Shown: in pieces, positions 9,006 to 19,163 of the stretch
Layout of the letters: every line of letters starts with the position of its first letter
Position numbering within the stretch: the first letter of the stretch is position 1
DNA from: Neobacillus sp. LXY-4
GTDB taxonomy: Bacteria; Bacillota; Bacilli; Bacillales; Cytobacillaceae
NCBI RefSeq assembly: GCF_051233475.1
Contig: NZ_JBKFGH010000018.1
Coordinates: 40,868-64,867, forward strand
Direction of reading: 5' to 3'
Length of the DNA stretch: 24,000 bases
Notes under the pieces: generated by a model
What the model was told of the DNA's origin: nothing
Databases searched by the model: none
What the model saw: only the letters and a program-made list of their open reading frames with translations
Translations under genes and position numbers: made by a program

Positions 9006-9902
9006 TTAATATTCTCTTGCGACTACTAGATCGGCAATTTCCCCTAATAGTGCTGAATCTAAATCCGCTAACCGCAGATGCTGTTTTGCAGCCTCATAGT
9101 GCTGATTCATGGCAGCTTTCGCCCCTTCCATTGTCAAAAGGGCTGGATATGTGCTTTTTAGATTTTCTGTATCGCTCCCAAGCGGCTTTCCGATTAATTC
9201 CTGATTTCCTTCTACATCAAGGATATCATCACGAATTTGAAAAGCCATTCCTAAGTGCCTAGCAAACGCTTCAAGATTTTTGGCTTGGTCTTCATTCGCC
9301 TTAGCCAGTATTGCACCTGACATCACGCTGCAAACCAACAACTTCCCAGTTTTATGTAAATGGATGTACTCCAAATCCTCAAGGTTCAGCTGTTTTCCTT
9401 CACCTTCAATATCGGCTACTTGTCCTCCAACCATACCTTCAGCACCTGCTGACTTTGCCAGGAGGTTAATTAAAGCAATTTTCATCCGACTATCAGCGTC
9501 ATGATCTGGCATTTGCGATAATACTTCAAAGCTATAAGTTAATAGTCCATCGCCAGCTAATATAGCCATTGCCTCACCAAATACTTTGTGATTGGTTGGC
9601 TTACCACGTCGCAAATCATCATCATCCATACTCGGAAGATCATCATGAATTAATGAATAAGTATGGATCATTTCAATCGCGGCTGCGGGATACGCCCCTA
9701 CTTTTGTATCGATCCCGAAGGCCCTTAGAGTGGCAAATAACAGTAAAGGACGAATTCTCTTCCCGCCTGCCTTTAATGAGTACAGCATCGATTCTTTTAG
9801 GTTGTTCGGAGCCTGTAATTGTTGAATAAAGACCTCTAATTGGCTCTCAAGCAGATTATTATGTTCTTTTGAAAAAGAGGCCAAGGATTGATTGGACACC
9901 AT
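9006..9902 (-). CDS. ispA: farnesyl diphosphate synthase (polyprenyl synthetase family)
   Basis: It has both Asp-rich motifs (LIHDDLPSMDDDDLRRG and FQIRDDILD). The start codon overlaps the xseB stop as TAATG. Confidence 0.92.
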   Translation of the reverse strand: MVSNQSLASFSKEHNNLLESQLEVFIQQLQAPNNLKESMLYSLKAGGKRIRPLLLFATLRAFGIDTKVGAYPAAAIEMIHTYSLIHDDLPSMDDDDLRRGKPTNHKVFGEAMAILAGDGLLTYSFEVLSQMPDHDADSRMKIALINLLAKSAGAEGMVGGQVADIEGEGKQLNLEDLEYIHLHKTGKLLVCSVMSGAILAKANEDQAKNLEAFARHLGMAFQIRDDILDVEGNQELIGKPLGSDTENLKSTYPALLTMEGAKAAMNQHYEAAKQHLRLADLDSALLGEIADLVVAREY

Positions 9903-10138
9903 TATTCCTCCTCCTGAACCGCAAAGCTTGCCATTTGACCATCGTCCGTTAAAATCTGTGTAAGCTGCTCTTCAACTAATTTAAGCTTATCATGACAAAA
10001 CTTTGAAAGCTCCATTCCTTCTTTATAGATCGAAATGGCTTCCTCAAGTGGAACATCTCCTTCTTCAAGTTTCTCAACAAGATACTCCAATTTTTCCATT
10101 GCATCTTCGAATGATTGAGATTGTTGTTTCGTCATCAT
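9902..10138 (-). CDS. xseB: exodeoxyribonuclease VII small subunit
   Basis: 78-aa helical protein ([39 protein letters not shown]). It starts immediately after the xseA stop. Confidence 0.9.
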   Translation of the reverse strand: MMTKQQSQSFEDAMEKLEYLVEKLEEGDVPLEEAISIYKEGMELSKFCHDKLKLVEEQLTQILTDDGQMASFAVQEEE

Positions 10139-11482
10139 TTACTCTCCTTTAATATCGGTTACTCTACATTGAATGCTACCATCTGTAAGTCTTATCGTTA
10201 AATCTTCTTCCCTCTTTACCTGAGAGATTTTACTGATCAATTTTTGTTCCTCAGAAAAAACAAGGCTGTAGCCCCGTTCCATAACTTTTAATGGACTTAA
10301 CGCTTCAAGTTTGGCTATTTGATGAGCAAAGTCCGTTTGTTTATTGGCTAAAATAATTTGCATTGAACGAGTTAATGCTTTCGTTAAGCGCTGCTGGTTC
10401 ACACTCGCTTCAAGAATTTTTTTATCAGGTGCATTTCGTTTTAACCGATTATGCAGATTTTGGTGTTCGATTGTCTTTGACTCCAGCACTTTTTTAGAAT
10501 TTCGAACAAGCTGTTCCGTTTTCTTATCGAGTTGCTCAAGCTTTTGTTCATAGAGCTTTTGTGGATAGCGGAATGCATAAGATTTCGATAACCTGTTTAG
10601 CCGAACCGTTTGTGAGTTGATTTTTTCCTTCATGGCGCGAAGCATTCGAGTTTTCCGAATAAGAATTCGTTCAATCAAGTCATCAATATGGGGCACGGCA
10701 AGTTCAGCTGCAGCAGTGGGAGTTGGCGCTCTTAAATCTGCAACAAAATCAGCAATCGTAAAATCAGTTTCATGACCTACAGCTGAAATAATCGGAATTT
10801 CCGATGCAAAGATTGCACGAACAACGATCTCTTCGTTAAAGGCCCACAGTTCCTCAATGGAGCCACCTCCTCGTCCAACAATCAATACATCAATATTTCC
10901 AATCGTATTTGCAGTTGAAATAGCCTTTGCAATCGATGGCGCAGCTTGATCCCCCTGAACAAGTGCTGGAAGTAATAAGATGTTCGCAATCGGATAACGC
11001 CTTTTGATTGTGGAAACGATATCACGAATCGCCGCTCCTGTTGGGGATGTGATGACCCCGACTGTTTTTGGGTATTTAGGAAGAGTTTTCTTGTATTGTT
11101 TAGAAAATAGACCTTCTTTAGTTAATTTTTCTTTTAACTGTTCATAAGCAAGAAACAATTCCCCAATTCCATCTGGTTTCATTTCTTTAATATAGATTTG
11201 ATATTGGCCACTACTCTCATAAACCGTGAGGTCACCGCGTATTAGTACCTGCATCCCATTTTCAGGCTGAAATTTCATGGAGCGATTCTCTCTTGCAAAC
11301 ATAACCGCTAAAACTCTTGCTTTATCATCCTTAAGCGTAAAATACATATGACCGCTTGAATGTTGTTTAAAGTTGGAGATTTCCCCCTTTACATAACAAT
11401 CTTGCAAATGGGGGTCCGCATCAAATTTTCTTTTTATGTATCTTGTTAATGCAATCACCGTTAAATAACGTTGTTCATTCAT
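10139..11482 (-). CDS. xseA: exodeoxyribonuclease VII large subunit
   Basis: OB-fold N-terminus (V.GEISNFK.HSSGH.YFTLKD), a catalytic core ([15 protein letters not shown]) and a long C-terminal coiled coil. ATG 11482 (MNEQRYLTV) follows AAAAGGAG. The track ORF extends to 11518. Confidence 0.93.
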   Translation of the reverse strand: MNEQRYLTVIALTRYIKRKFDADPHLQDCYVKGEISNFKQHSSGHMYFTLKDDKARVLAVMFARENRSMKFQPENGMQVLIRGDLTVYESSGQYQIYIKEMKPDGIGELFLAYEQLKEKLTKEGLFSKQYKKTLPKYPKTVGVITSPTGAAIRDIVSTIKRRYPIANILLLPALVQGDQAAPSIAKAISTANTIGNIDVLIVGRGGGSIEELWAFNEEIVVRAIFASEIPIISAVGHETDFTIADFVADLRAPTPTAAAELAVPHIDDLIERILIRKTRMLRAMKEKINSQTVRLNRLSKSYAFRYPQKLYEQKLEQLDKKTEQLVRNSKKVLESKTIEHQNLHNRLKRNAPDKKILEASVNQQRLTKALTRSMQIILANKQTDFAHQIAKLEALSPLKVMERGYSLVFSEEQKLISKISQVKREEDLTIRLTDGSIQCRVTDIKGE

Positions 11483-11621
11483 TTTGAACTCCTTTTTTAA
11501 GGGAACTGTAAAAAACAAAAACCTATCCCATTTATTATAAATTTAGAAATCCAATCCGTCACCTGAATAGGGCGAATTAATCTACTTTCCAATTTATAAG
11601 GATGGAACAGGCTTTTTATCT

Positions 11622-12500
11622 TTAGCGAATTTGACCAGTGCTTTGCAGCTTTTGAAGAACTTTTTTCGCTGACTTTAATGTATTAAACATCAGCATCGTA
11701 ATCGTCATTGGTCCTACTCCTCCAGGAACTGGAGTAATGTAACCCGCTTTCTCTTTAACATTCTCGAAATCAACATCTCCACAAAGCTTTCCTTCGCTAT
11801 TGCGATTAATTCCGACGTCAATTACTACGGCACCCGGCTTGACGAAATCTTCTGTAATAAAATATGGCTTACCTACTGCGGCAACTAGGATGTCCGCTTG
11901 CTTCGTAATCGATTTAATATCTACCGTTCTTGAATGACAATAGGTTACGGTAGCATTTTCATTTAGGAACAACTGTCCTTGTGGTTTTCCAACAATATTG
12001 CTTCTGCCCACAACAACAACATGCTTTCCTTCAATTTCAATGCCCGTTTCTTTAAGCATGATCATTACACCGTATGGCGTACAAGGTAAAAATGCATCCT
12101 GCCCTGTCATCATTCGACCCACGTTAATCGGATGGAATCCATCGACATCCTTGTCAGGATAAATCGCTTCGATAATACTTGTTTCGTTTATATGGTCTGG
12201 CACTGGCAGCTGAACAAGGATACCGTGAATCTTATCATCATGATTTAATTCATCAATTTTATTTAACAATTCCTGCTCTGTAATCGTTTCAGGAAGCTCG
12301 ATTAATAAGGAATGCATTCCAAGTTCTTTGCAAGTCTTTTCTTTACTGGTGACATACGATCTTGACGCAGGATTATTTCCAACTAAAATTACAGCAAGTC
12401 CGGGAGTCACGCCGGCTTGTTTTAATGCTTCAACTTCTTTAGCAATCTCATTCTTTTTTTTCAAGGCAATTTCTTTTCCACTAATGAGTTTTGCGCTCAT
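11622..12500 (-). CDS. folD: bifunctional methylenetetrahydrofolate dehydrogenase/cyclohydrolase
   Basis: 292 aa with GLAVILVG.NPAS..YV..K, HGILVQLP, the NAD(P)-binding VVVGRSNIVGKP and GGVGPMT motifs. Confidence 0.95.
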   Translation of the reverse strand: MSAKLISGKEIALKKKNEIAKEVEALKQAGVTPGLAVILVGNNPASRSYVTSKEKTCKELGMHSLLIELPETITEQELLNKIDELNHDDKIHGILVQLPVPDHINETSIIEAIYPDKDVDGFHPINVGRMMTGQDAFLPCTPYGVMIMLKETGIEIEGKHVVVVGRSNIVGKPQGQLFLNENATVTYCHSRTVDIKSITKQADILVAAVGKPYFITEDFVKPGAVVIDVGINRNSEGKLCGDVDFENVKEKAGYITPVPGGVGPMTITMLMFNTLKSAKKVLQKLQSTGQIR

Positions 12501-12535
12501 TCCAATTCCCCCTTTGTTCAGCCATGATAGCCTTA

Positions 12536-12928
12536 CTATAACGTTTGTTCTTTAACCTTTGATAATACACCATTGATAAAACGACTAGATTGATCATCTC
12601 CGTACAATTTAGCAATTTCAATTGCTTCATCAAGGACAACATTGGCTGGTACACTATCTTTACAATACAACAATTCAAAGATGGACATTCTTAACAGGTT
12701 GCGGTCAACCGGTGCTAATCGCTCGATTGTCCACTTTTCCAAGTGTTTTTTAATCAATTCGTCAATTTCTTGTTTATGTAAGACAACGCCAGTTACTAAA
12801 CTCGTTAAGTAATCGTCATGTGGAAGGTCTTCTAAAACATGTTCAATTGCATCATTTGGTTCGGATTGACTTATGTCAATCTGAAATAATGCCTGCAAAG
12901 CCTTTTCTCTCGCTGTTCTTCTTTTCAT
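12536..12928 (-). CDS. nusB: transcription antitermination factor NusB
   Basis: 130 aa. RRTAREKALQALFQ at the N-terminus and NGVL near the C-terminus. Its position upstream of folD matches Bacillus. Confidence 0.93.
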   Translation of the reverse strand: MKRRTAREKALQALFQIDISQSEPNDAIEHVLEDLPHDDYLTSLVTGVVLHKQEIDELIKKHLEKWTIERLAPVDRNLLRMSIFELLYCKDSVPANVVLDEAIEIAKLYGDDQSSRFINGVLSKVKEQTL

Positions 12929-12997
12929 AAAAAAATACTCCTTTACGGCTTAATTATCCATTTTCCTATTAAGATAATAGCACAATGAAAGGAAAAA

Positions 12998-13036
12998 GAG
13001 AAAAAAACCAAAGACACTTTATTGTGCCTTTGGTTT
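12998..13036 (-). terminator. intrinsic terminator after the Asp23-family gene
   Basis: Minus strand: CCAAAGGCAC-aataaa-GTGTCTTTGG (10-bp stem with one G-U pair, 13008-13033), followed by TTTTTTT. It lies about 6 nt after the stop. Confidence 0.8.
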
Positions 13037-13041
13037 CTTTA

Positions 13042-13449
13042 TTAAATCTCTTGTTCGAAATCGTTTTCATGCTTTTGGTTTTCAAATTGAATTCCGACAA
13101 TATGAATGTTGACTTCTACTGGTTCAAGAGCCGTCATATTAAGAAGTGCTTGGCGAATATTGTCTTGGATTTTTTGGGCAACAGTCGGAATCGAAATGCC
13201 AAATTTAAGAATGCAATAAACATCTACTTTGATGCCTTCATCCGAAAGTTCGACCTTTACTCCTTTGCCATGATTTTTCTTACCTAATCGTTCCACTACG
13301 CCGGTGGCAAAATTGCCGCGCATTTGTGATACGCCTTCCACTTCGCTTGCAGCGATCCCAGCAATTACTTCAATCACTTCAGGAGCAATTTCAACCTTCC
13401 CATGCCCATTGTTTTCTTGATTCATCTCCAAGATATTTTCACTCATCAA
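13042..13449 (-). CDS. Asp23/Gls24-family alkaline-shock-like protein (yqhY-like)
   Basis: 135 aa with GKVEIAPEVIEVIAGIAASEVEGV and a V.V.V.GI-type repeat. It sits downstream of accC as in B. subtilis. Confidence 0.85.
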   Translation of the reverse strand: MMSENILEMNQENNGHGKVEIAPEVIEVIAGIAASEVEGVSQMRGNFATGVVERLGKKNHGKGVKVELSDEGIKVDVYCILKFGISIPTVAQKIQDNIRQALLNMTALEPVEVNIHIVGIQFENQKHENDFEQEI

Positions 13450-13464
13450 TAAAGCACCTCCAAA

Positions 13465-14820
13465 TTAATCTTCCTTCATCACATCATGCAATTCTAAAAA
13501 CTTTGTATTGAATTGCCCTTCCACAAATGTTTCGTTGTTAAGAAGCTTTAAATGGAACGGAATCGTGGTGTGAATCCCTTCAATAACGAATTCACTTAAT
13601 GCACGCTTCATTTTTGCAATCGCTTCTTCACGAGTATTTCCGTGTACGATGACTTTCGCAATCATGGAATCATAAAATGGCGGAATTGAATATCCAGGAT
13701 AAGCCGCTGAATCCATTCGTACTCCGTAGCCGCCTGGTGCTAAATACATATTGATTTTACCAGGTGATGGCATAAAGTTTTTCGCAGGGTTCTCTGCGTT
13801 GATTCGGCACTCAATTGACCAGCCATTAAAGGTAATATCTTCTTGCTCGTATTGGAGAGGCTCTCCATTGGCAACTTTGATTTGTTCTTTAATAAGGTCA
13901 ATTCCAGTTACCATTTCAGTAACAGGATGCTCAACTTGAATCCGAGTATTCATTTCCATGAAATAGAATTTACGATTGCGATAATCATATATAAATTCTA
14001 TCGTGCCTGCACCAGTATAATCAACTGCTTTCGCAGCTTTTACTGCTGCTTCACCCATTTCTTTACGAAGTTCACCATCAAGAGCTGGTGATGGAGACTC
14101 CTCAAGAAGCTTTTGTAATCTTCTTTGGATTGTACAATCGCGCTCTCCAAGGTGAAGAACTTTACCGTGTTGATCTCCAAGTACTTGAATTTCAACGTGA
14201 CGGAAATCTTCAATATACTTTTCAATATATACACCTGGATTACCGAAAGCTGCAGCAGCTTCTTGTTGGGTCATATTAATACCCTTCACTAATTCCTCTT
14301 TATCGCGAGCGACACGGATACCTTTACCGCCTCCGCCAGCTGTTGCTTTAATGATTACCGGATATCCCATTTCATTAGCTAATTCAAGCGCTTCCTCGAC
14401 ATCTTTAATAATGCCTTTTGAACCAGGAACGATTGGGACTCCAGCTTGCTCCATCGTTTGACGCGCAACGTCTTTTGTTCCCATTTTATTGATTGCTTCC
14501 GGAGAAGGACCAACCCAAATGATGTTTACGTCACGGCATAACTCAGCAAAGTTTGCATTCTCGGCTAAGAAACCATAACCAGGGTGGATGGCGTCACAAC
14601 CAGCTTTCTTTGCTACACTAATAATATTGGTAACATTCAAATAACTATCCTTTGAAGCGGTAGGCCCGATGCAATATGCTTCATCAGCAATTTGCACGTG
14701 AAGGGCATCTTTATCCGCTTCAGAATAAACTGCTACTGATTCAATTCCAAGCTCACGACAAGCTCGAATGACACGCACAGCAATTTCCCCACGGTTTGCG
14801 ATTAATAATTTTTTTATCAT
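13465..14820 (-). CDS. accC: acetyl-CoA carboxylase, biotin carboxylase subunit
   Basis: 451 aa. [23 protein letters not shown] at the N-terminus, an ATP-grasp glycine loop (ATAGGGGKG) and [14 protein letters not shown]. Confidence 0.97.
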   Translation of the reverse strand: MIKKLLIANRGEIAVRVIRACRELGIESVAVYSEADKDALHVQIADEAYCIGPTASKDSYLNVTNIISVAKKAGCDAIHPGYGFLAENANFAELCRDVNIIWVGPSPEAINKMGTKDVARQTMEQAGVPIVPGSKGIIKDVEEALELANEMGYPVIIKATAGGGGKGIRVARDKEELVKGINMTQQEAAAAFGNPGVYIEKYIEDFRHVEIQVLGDQHGKVLHLGERDCTIQRRLQKLLEESPSPALDGELRKEMGEAAVKAAKAVDYTGAGTIEFIYDYRNRKFYFMEMNTRIQVEHPVTEMVTGIDLIKEQIKVANGEPLQYEQEDITFNGWSIECRINAENPAKNFMPSPGKINMYLAPGGYGVRMDSAAYPGYSIPPFYDSMIAKVIVHGNTREEAIAKMKRALSEFVIEGIHTTIPFHLKLLNNETFVEGQFNTKFLELHDVMKED

Positions 14821-14834
14821 GTTAGTACCTCTCC

Positions 14835-15353
14835 TTATTCAGGCTTAACCAAGAATAAAGGTTGGCCATATTCAACAAGTTGTCCGTCTTTTACTAATAT
14901 TTCAACGATTTCTCCGTTCACTTCTGCTTCGATTTCGTTGAATAGTTTCATAGCTTCAACGATACAAACGATAGAGTCTTTAGAAACCTTTTGTCCAACT
15001 TTTACATACACATCTGCATCTGGTGATGGAGCTTGGTAGAATGTTCCAACCATTGGTGAAGTAATCTTATGTAGATTTTCTACATCAGCAGTTACCACTG
15101 GAGCTTTTACTTCTTCTTGAACAGCAGCAGTTTCAACAGGCTTTGGTTGTACAGGCGCTACTGCAGCAACAGGAGCAGCTGGTGCAGCTACCGGTGCAAC
15201 CGCAGCTACTGGTGCAACTTGTTCTGCAACAACGATTTTCTCAGCATTCTTTTTCATTTTGATTTTGTAGTCATCATGCTCGTAAACAAACTCATTGATG
15301 CTTGACTGGTCTACCAACTTGATTAACTCGCGAATTTCTTGTACTTTCAACAT
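14835..15353 (-). CDS. accB: acetyl-CoA carboxylase, biotin carboxyl carrier protein
   Basis: 172 aa. Ala/Pro-rich linker and a C-terminal biotinyl domain with [12 protein letters not shown] (biotinyl-Lys motif). Confidence 0.95.
   Translation of the reverse strand: MLKVQEIRELIKLVDQSSINEFVYEHDDYKIKMKKNAEKIVVAEQVAPVAAVAPVAAPAAPVAAVAPVQPKPVETAAVQEEVKAPVVTADVENLHKITSPMVGTFYQAPSPDADVYVKVGQKVSKDSIVCIVEAMKLFNEIEAEVNGEIVEILVKDGQLVEYGQPLFLVKPE
15183..15218 (-). repeat. two 18-nt tandem units inside the accB linker
   Basis: TGCAGCTACCGGTGCAAC followed by CGCAGCTACTGGTGCAAC (16/18 identical). They encode the repeated VAPVAA part of the Ala/Pro linker. Confidence 0.8.
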
Positions 15354-15574
15354 TTTTTGACACTCCTTGTCCCACTAATTATATTATTTTTATTATGACT
15401 AGCTACTAACATCATACGATAATACCACATGAAAGTTCAATATTGGAATACCTTCTGAATTTTCGTCGCTAATCAAATTACAATAATATAATAAACTTTT
15501 CTGAAAAGAAAGTGAATTTATTTTATTTCAAATTTATAAAAATCTTTTATTTTTTTCTCAAAACCCCATAAGAA

Positions 15575-15600
15575 AGGGAAAGCCGACTCTGGCTTTCCCT
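15575..15600 (-). terminator. probable terminator hairpin after spoIIIAH
   Basis: Perfect 10-bp stem AGGGAAAGCC/GGCTTTCCCT with a 6-nt loop. The tail on the minus strand is only moderately U-rich (TTCTTATGGGGTTTT). Confidence 0.55.
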
Positions 15601-15680
15601 CTCTCAAATAGTATTAACCACTATATTTTCCTTATTCAAGCTAATAAAAATGTTATATATGTGTTAAAAAATTTTTTAAT

Positions 15681-16235
15681 CTACTTAGTTGGCTGAAATT
15701 TTACGGCAACATTCTCCAATTCCCCGATTTCTGTCCGAACTAGTTGAATGATGTCATTTGCTGCCGAAGGGGAATGATCCTTCGATTTTACAGTAATCCT
15801 TACCTTCTCACCATCGGCCCGAACAAGTGCATCTTCATATCCCATTGTTTTAATTAACGTTTCTAATACATTTTCCTTCGTTGCCAAATCGTCGAGCTGT
15901 TTCATTTGATCATAGGCTTCACTTCGCTTTTCAGCTGGAAGATCGGTTGAGGCAATGATCTCATTTAATTGTTCCTTCATCGCATTTCGCTGGTCTTCTA
16001 ATTCCAGACGTAGCGCTTCAAATACTTCGTCACTTGCCACTCCCGATACAACAGTTTTGCCATCATCAGATTTCGCCGTTGTGCCTGTTGCCTTTTTATC
16101 GATTCCTTTTGATTGCTCCTCAACATTTGCCATATTCGTTACTTTTTGTTCGGGTGAAGTGATATAGTAAACCGATAACACTACTACTAAACTCAACATG
16201 GTTAGAAGCCAAACCGTTTGCTTTTTCAATAACAT
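15681..16235 (-). CDS. spoIIIAH: stage III sporulation protein AH
   Basis: The N-terminus LLKKQTVWLLTMLSLVVVLSVYYI is nearly identical to my remembered B. subtilis SpoIIIAH. It is the last gene of the spoIIIA operon. Confidence 0.9.
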   Translation of the reverse strand: MLLKKQTVWLLTMLSLVVVLSVYYITSPEQKVTNMANVEEQSKGIDKKATGTTAKSDDGKTVVSGVASDEVFEALRLELEDQRNAMKEQLNEIIASTDLPAEKRSEAYDQMKQLDDLATKENVLETLIKTMGYEDALVRADGEKVRITVKSKDHSPSAANDIIQLVRTEIGELENVAVKFQPTK

Positions 16236-16249
16236 CTTAACAATCCCCC

Positions 16250-16906
16250 TTAACCTTTTTTAGGCATGACAGCAACCCGATGACTTGGAACATCTAAAGC
16301 TCGAGTTACTGCTTCTATAATCCATTTTTTCACTTGAATATTATCAGCGCCTTTTGCTACTACCAGTACACCGCGTATTTCAGGTTTCTTCGTTTCAACA
16401 ACAATTGGAACCTCTTTTTCTCCATCACGGATAATAACGAGTTGATTTTCGGTTTGTGAATCCTCAACCTTTCTTTTCCCGCCTTCGCGGTCGGTTTCAT
16501 CAGTAGTCTGTGTTTGTGATTTGGAGTTTTTCTCTAAAACCTGTTTCTCAGTCGCATCCACATTCACCACTACCGTCACATCACCAACACCTTGAATCCC
16601 TTCCAATGCTTCCTTCAGCTGATTTTCATAAGCTTGTTCATATTGTGTGATAATATCATTTTGTTTCGAATTCTTTTGCCCAAAAGCCGGAACCTCTTCA
16701 TCTCCTTGATTTCCGTTATTCTCGTTGAAAACGGGGAGTTCTTTATTAGATGGGCTATCATTGACTAAAACATTACTAACAATCATAATGGCCGCACCGA
16801 ATAATAACACAAGTAATAAATATTGATATTTCCCCGGTTTTTTCCCTGAAGAATCATTTGAGAGCAGTTTTTTTAACCTAGATATCGGCCCTTTATCATT
16901 ATCCAT
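16250..16906 (-). CDS. spoIIIAG: stage III sporulation protein AG
   Basis: 218 aa with a single N-terminal TM segment and a C-terminal ring-forming-like block (VTVVVNV..RGVLVVAKGADN). Operon position supports the call. Confidence 0.85.
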   Translation of the reverse strand: MDNDKGPISRLKKLLSNDSSGKKPGKYQYLLLVLLFGAAIMIVSNVLVNDSPSNKELPVFNENNGNQGDEEVPAFGQKNSKQNDIITQYEQAYENQLKEALEGIQGVGDVTVVVNVDATEKQVLEKNSKSQTQTTDETDREGGKRKVEDSQTENQLVIIRDGEKEVPIVVETKKPEIRGVLVVAKGADNIQVKKWIIEAVTRALDVPSHRVAVMPKKG

Positions 16907-17534
16907 TCTGATCTGTTTTCCCCCCTTCTACCATTTCTACCTCAATGGTGTGTTCTGCTATATCCCATGTTTGAGAAAGAAGTGAAGCAATTTTTGCATT
17001 TTCATCAACCGGCTCGGTTGGAAGAGGTTTTGTCGTACTAACTTCAACTGGTTCAACAACTTCTACTGCTTCGGGTGATAACTTAGACTGCTCGACTTTT
17101 ACAATGACCTTTTCCAAGTTCTCCGGGAAAGCTCGCTGTTGTTCGTCGTTTAAAAGAAAATCTATTTTGCTAATCTTTAATCCGTATTGATCCATCAACT
17201 CCTCTTTAGCATCCTTCTCTAATTGGACAGCCATTGTTTCTAAAATATATGCTTGCTGCGAGGTTTCTATTTCTTTTTTCTTAATTTCTATTAAATTTTC
17301 TATGTTTTCTTCATTTTTGGTGTCCCAATTTGGAATCGACGCCATAACCTGTTCAAAATCGCTGGAAATAAGTTTAAAAATGGGAGTTAAAATGATGGCG
17401 ATTAACAATAGACCCGTCACCATTTTTGTATACTTTTGCATATTGGAATTAGGTAACAGCATATCAAAGACCGTTGCCAACAGGACAAAAAGGATGATAT
17501 TGGTAATCCACTCTTTAAGGTAATCCATGGACAT
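16899..17534 (-). CDS. spoIIIAF: stage III sporulation protein AF
   Basis: The N-terminus (L.EW.T.I.LF.L.A.V.DMLLP.S.MQKY.KMV..LLLI....TPIFKL) matches my remembered SpoIIIAF. There is an 8-nt overlap with spoIIIAG. Confidence 0.88.
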   Translation of the reverse strand: MSMDYLKEWITNIILFVLLATVFDMLLPNSNMQKYTKMVTGLLLIAIILTPIFKLISSDFEQVMASIPNWDTKNEENIENLIEIKKKEIETSQQAYILETMAVQLEKDAKEELMDQYGLKISKIDFLLNDEQQRAFPENLEKVIVKVEQSKLSPEAVEVVEPVEVSTTKPLPTEPVDENAKIASLLSQTWDIAEHTIEVEMVEGGKTDQNG

Positions 17535-17538
17535 CCAC

Positions 17539-18726
17539 CTACCTGACCATCATTGTCAAATTTCCAGCGGCGATAATCACGGTTATGCTTAAAAAAAACA
17601 TAAGCGAAACAATCGCAAGTGCAGCAAATACATAGATGACATTTTTACTGATGATATCTAAACAAGAGATAATCGGCCCTCCCCCTAGTGGTTGGAGGAT
17701 TGCCGCTGCAAATTTATAAATAAACGCAATGATTAATATTTTGATAGCCGGGAAGGCTGCAATCAGCAGGAGAATCGCCACCCCAGCAATTCCAACTGTA
17801 TTCTTAAGGACAACCGAGGCACTTATCACCGTATCAGTTGCATCGGTAAACATTCTTCCAATTACCGGGACGAAATTACCAGTTAAAAATTTAGCAGTCC
17901 TGATCGTAATTCCATCTGTTACAGCTGTTGAAGCCCCTTGAACAGAAATAACCCCCAAAAAAACCGTTAAAAATAGACCTAGCAGTCCTATGCTCCAGTT
18001 CCGCAGCAGTTTCGCCAACTGGGTTACTTTGTAATGCTCTGACAAAATGCTGACAATACTCAACAATGTTGATAAAAATAACATTGGCAGGATTACATTT
18101 TTAATTAATACTCCGCTAATATTCATTAAAAATAAAATAACCGGATGAAAAAAGGCTGCCGAGATTAAGCCACCGGAGGAGGCAATTAAGGCAAGGAGTA
18201 ACGGAATTAACGCCAGGATAAAATCGACCATTGTTCCAATCGCTTCATTGGTGTATTTGATGGCAATATGGAAGCTATTTAACGCAATAATCATTAAAAC
18301 CATAAACACGATTGCGTAAGCTACTTTACTAACCGCACCTTTTTCAAACGCATTTTGCAAAGACTGAAGGAACATGCTAAAAACTGTTAACATGATTAAG
18401 GAACCCAACAATTTTCCATTTGTTATCAGCTCATGAAAAACAAATTTGAAAAAACCGGCCGACCACTCTTTCAGGGAGAAATCTTTACTTCCCTTAATAA
18501 AGTCATACAAACTCCCCTTTTGGCTCTCTGGTAGAAACCCACCGTACTGATTGACGATATCTTCCCAATATTGTTTTAATTCGTCCATTTCCAGATTATT
18601 TAATTGTGAGTCAACTATTTTTTCGGTAGTTGTTGGTTCCTCGTTCTCAACAGCTTGTACATTTATCGTTAAAAAATTAAAAATCAGAAAGAAGATAATT
18701 GGAATAAGCAGCAGCCATTGCCTCAT
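17539..18726 (-). CDS. spoIIIAE: stage III sporulation protein AE (polytopic membrane protein)
   Basis: 395 aa with a signal-like N-terminus and multiple TM helices. Size and operon position match SpoIIIAE. Confidence 0.88.
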   Translation of the reverse strand: MRQWLLLIPIIFFLIFNFLTINVQAVENEEPTTTEKIVDSQLNNLEMDELKQYWEDIVNQYGGFLPESQKGSLYDFIKGSKDFSLKEWSAGFFKFVFHELITNGKLLGSLIMLTVFSMFLQSLQNAFEKGAVSKVAYAIVFMVLMIIALNSFHIAIKYTNEAIGTMVDFILALIPLLLALIASSGGLISAAFFHPVILFLMNISGVLIKNVILPMLFLSTLLSIVSILSEHYKVTQLAKLLRNWSIGLLGLFLTVFLGVISVQGASTAVTDGITIRTAKFLTGNFVPVIGRMFTDATDTVISASVVLKNTVGIAGVAILLLIAAFPAIKILIIAFIYKFAAAILQPLGGGPIISCLDIISKNVIYVFAALAIVSLMFFLSITVIIAAGNLTMMVR

Positions 18727-18760
18727 TGCTTCACCTCGTTTAAAAAGGGATTTGCCTCAA

Positions 18761-19150
18761 CTAATTAGGAATAAGTTTAATGATGGTTTCAATCATAACG
18801 GTCAATATTGGGATTGCCATTGCCAGAATCAAAATTTTACCAGCCAATTCAATTTTCGAGGCAACTGCTCCCTGTCCGGCATCTTTGGTAATTTGGGCGG
18901 CAAATTCTGCAATATAGGCAATTCCAATGATTTTCAGTATCGTTTCGACATAGACAAGGTTCACCTTTGCGTTAATCGCAATTTTTTCAATCATATTTAC
19001 GACTTCATAGATCTTATCAACCAGGAATAAAAAGATTGCACAACCGACAAAGACAATGAGGAGAAACGCAAAATTTGGTTTTTGCTCCTTGATGATTAAT
19101 GCTAAGAAGGTGGAGACTAATGCTATTCCTACTATTTGGAGAATCTCAAT
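18761..19150 (-). CDS. spoIIIAD: stage III sporulation protein AD; probable non-canonical ATT start
   Basis: The body (LQIVGIALVSTFLALIIKEQKPNFAF..VYVETILKIIGIAYIAEFAAQITKDAGQGAVASKIELAGKILIL) matches my remembered SpoIIIAD. The only start-like codon at the homologous N-terminus is ATT 19150, 6 nt after GGGGGGA. The track ORF reaches ATG 19252 only by overlapping spoIIIAC. Confidence 0.8.
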   Translation of the reverse strand: MEILQIVGIALVSTFLALIIKEQKPNFAFLLIVFVGCAIFLFLVDKIYEVVNMIEKIAINAKVNLVYVETILKIIGIAYIAEFAAQITKDAGQGAVASKIELAGKILILAMAIPILTVMIETIIKLIPN

Positions 19151-19163
19151 CGCAGGTCCCCCC

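Noticed and set aside
15117-15305. Repetitive GCAGC/GGTGCA tract as a VNTR, CRISPR-like or regulatory repeat
   Set aside because: It is the coding sequence of the Ala/Pro-rich flexible linker of AccB. It has only two near-identical 18-nt units and no spacer/repeat organisation.
18551-19030. Plus-strand ORFs antisense to conserved genes (159 aa at 18551-19030, 112 aa at 2513-2851, 100 aa at 12985-13287, and all other plus-strand track entries)
   Set aside because: Each lies wholly inside a well-supported minus-strand gene or its terminator. None has an SD, and the sequences are low-complexity or Cys/Phe/Ser-rich, typical of antisense frames in AT-rich DNA.
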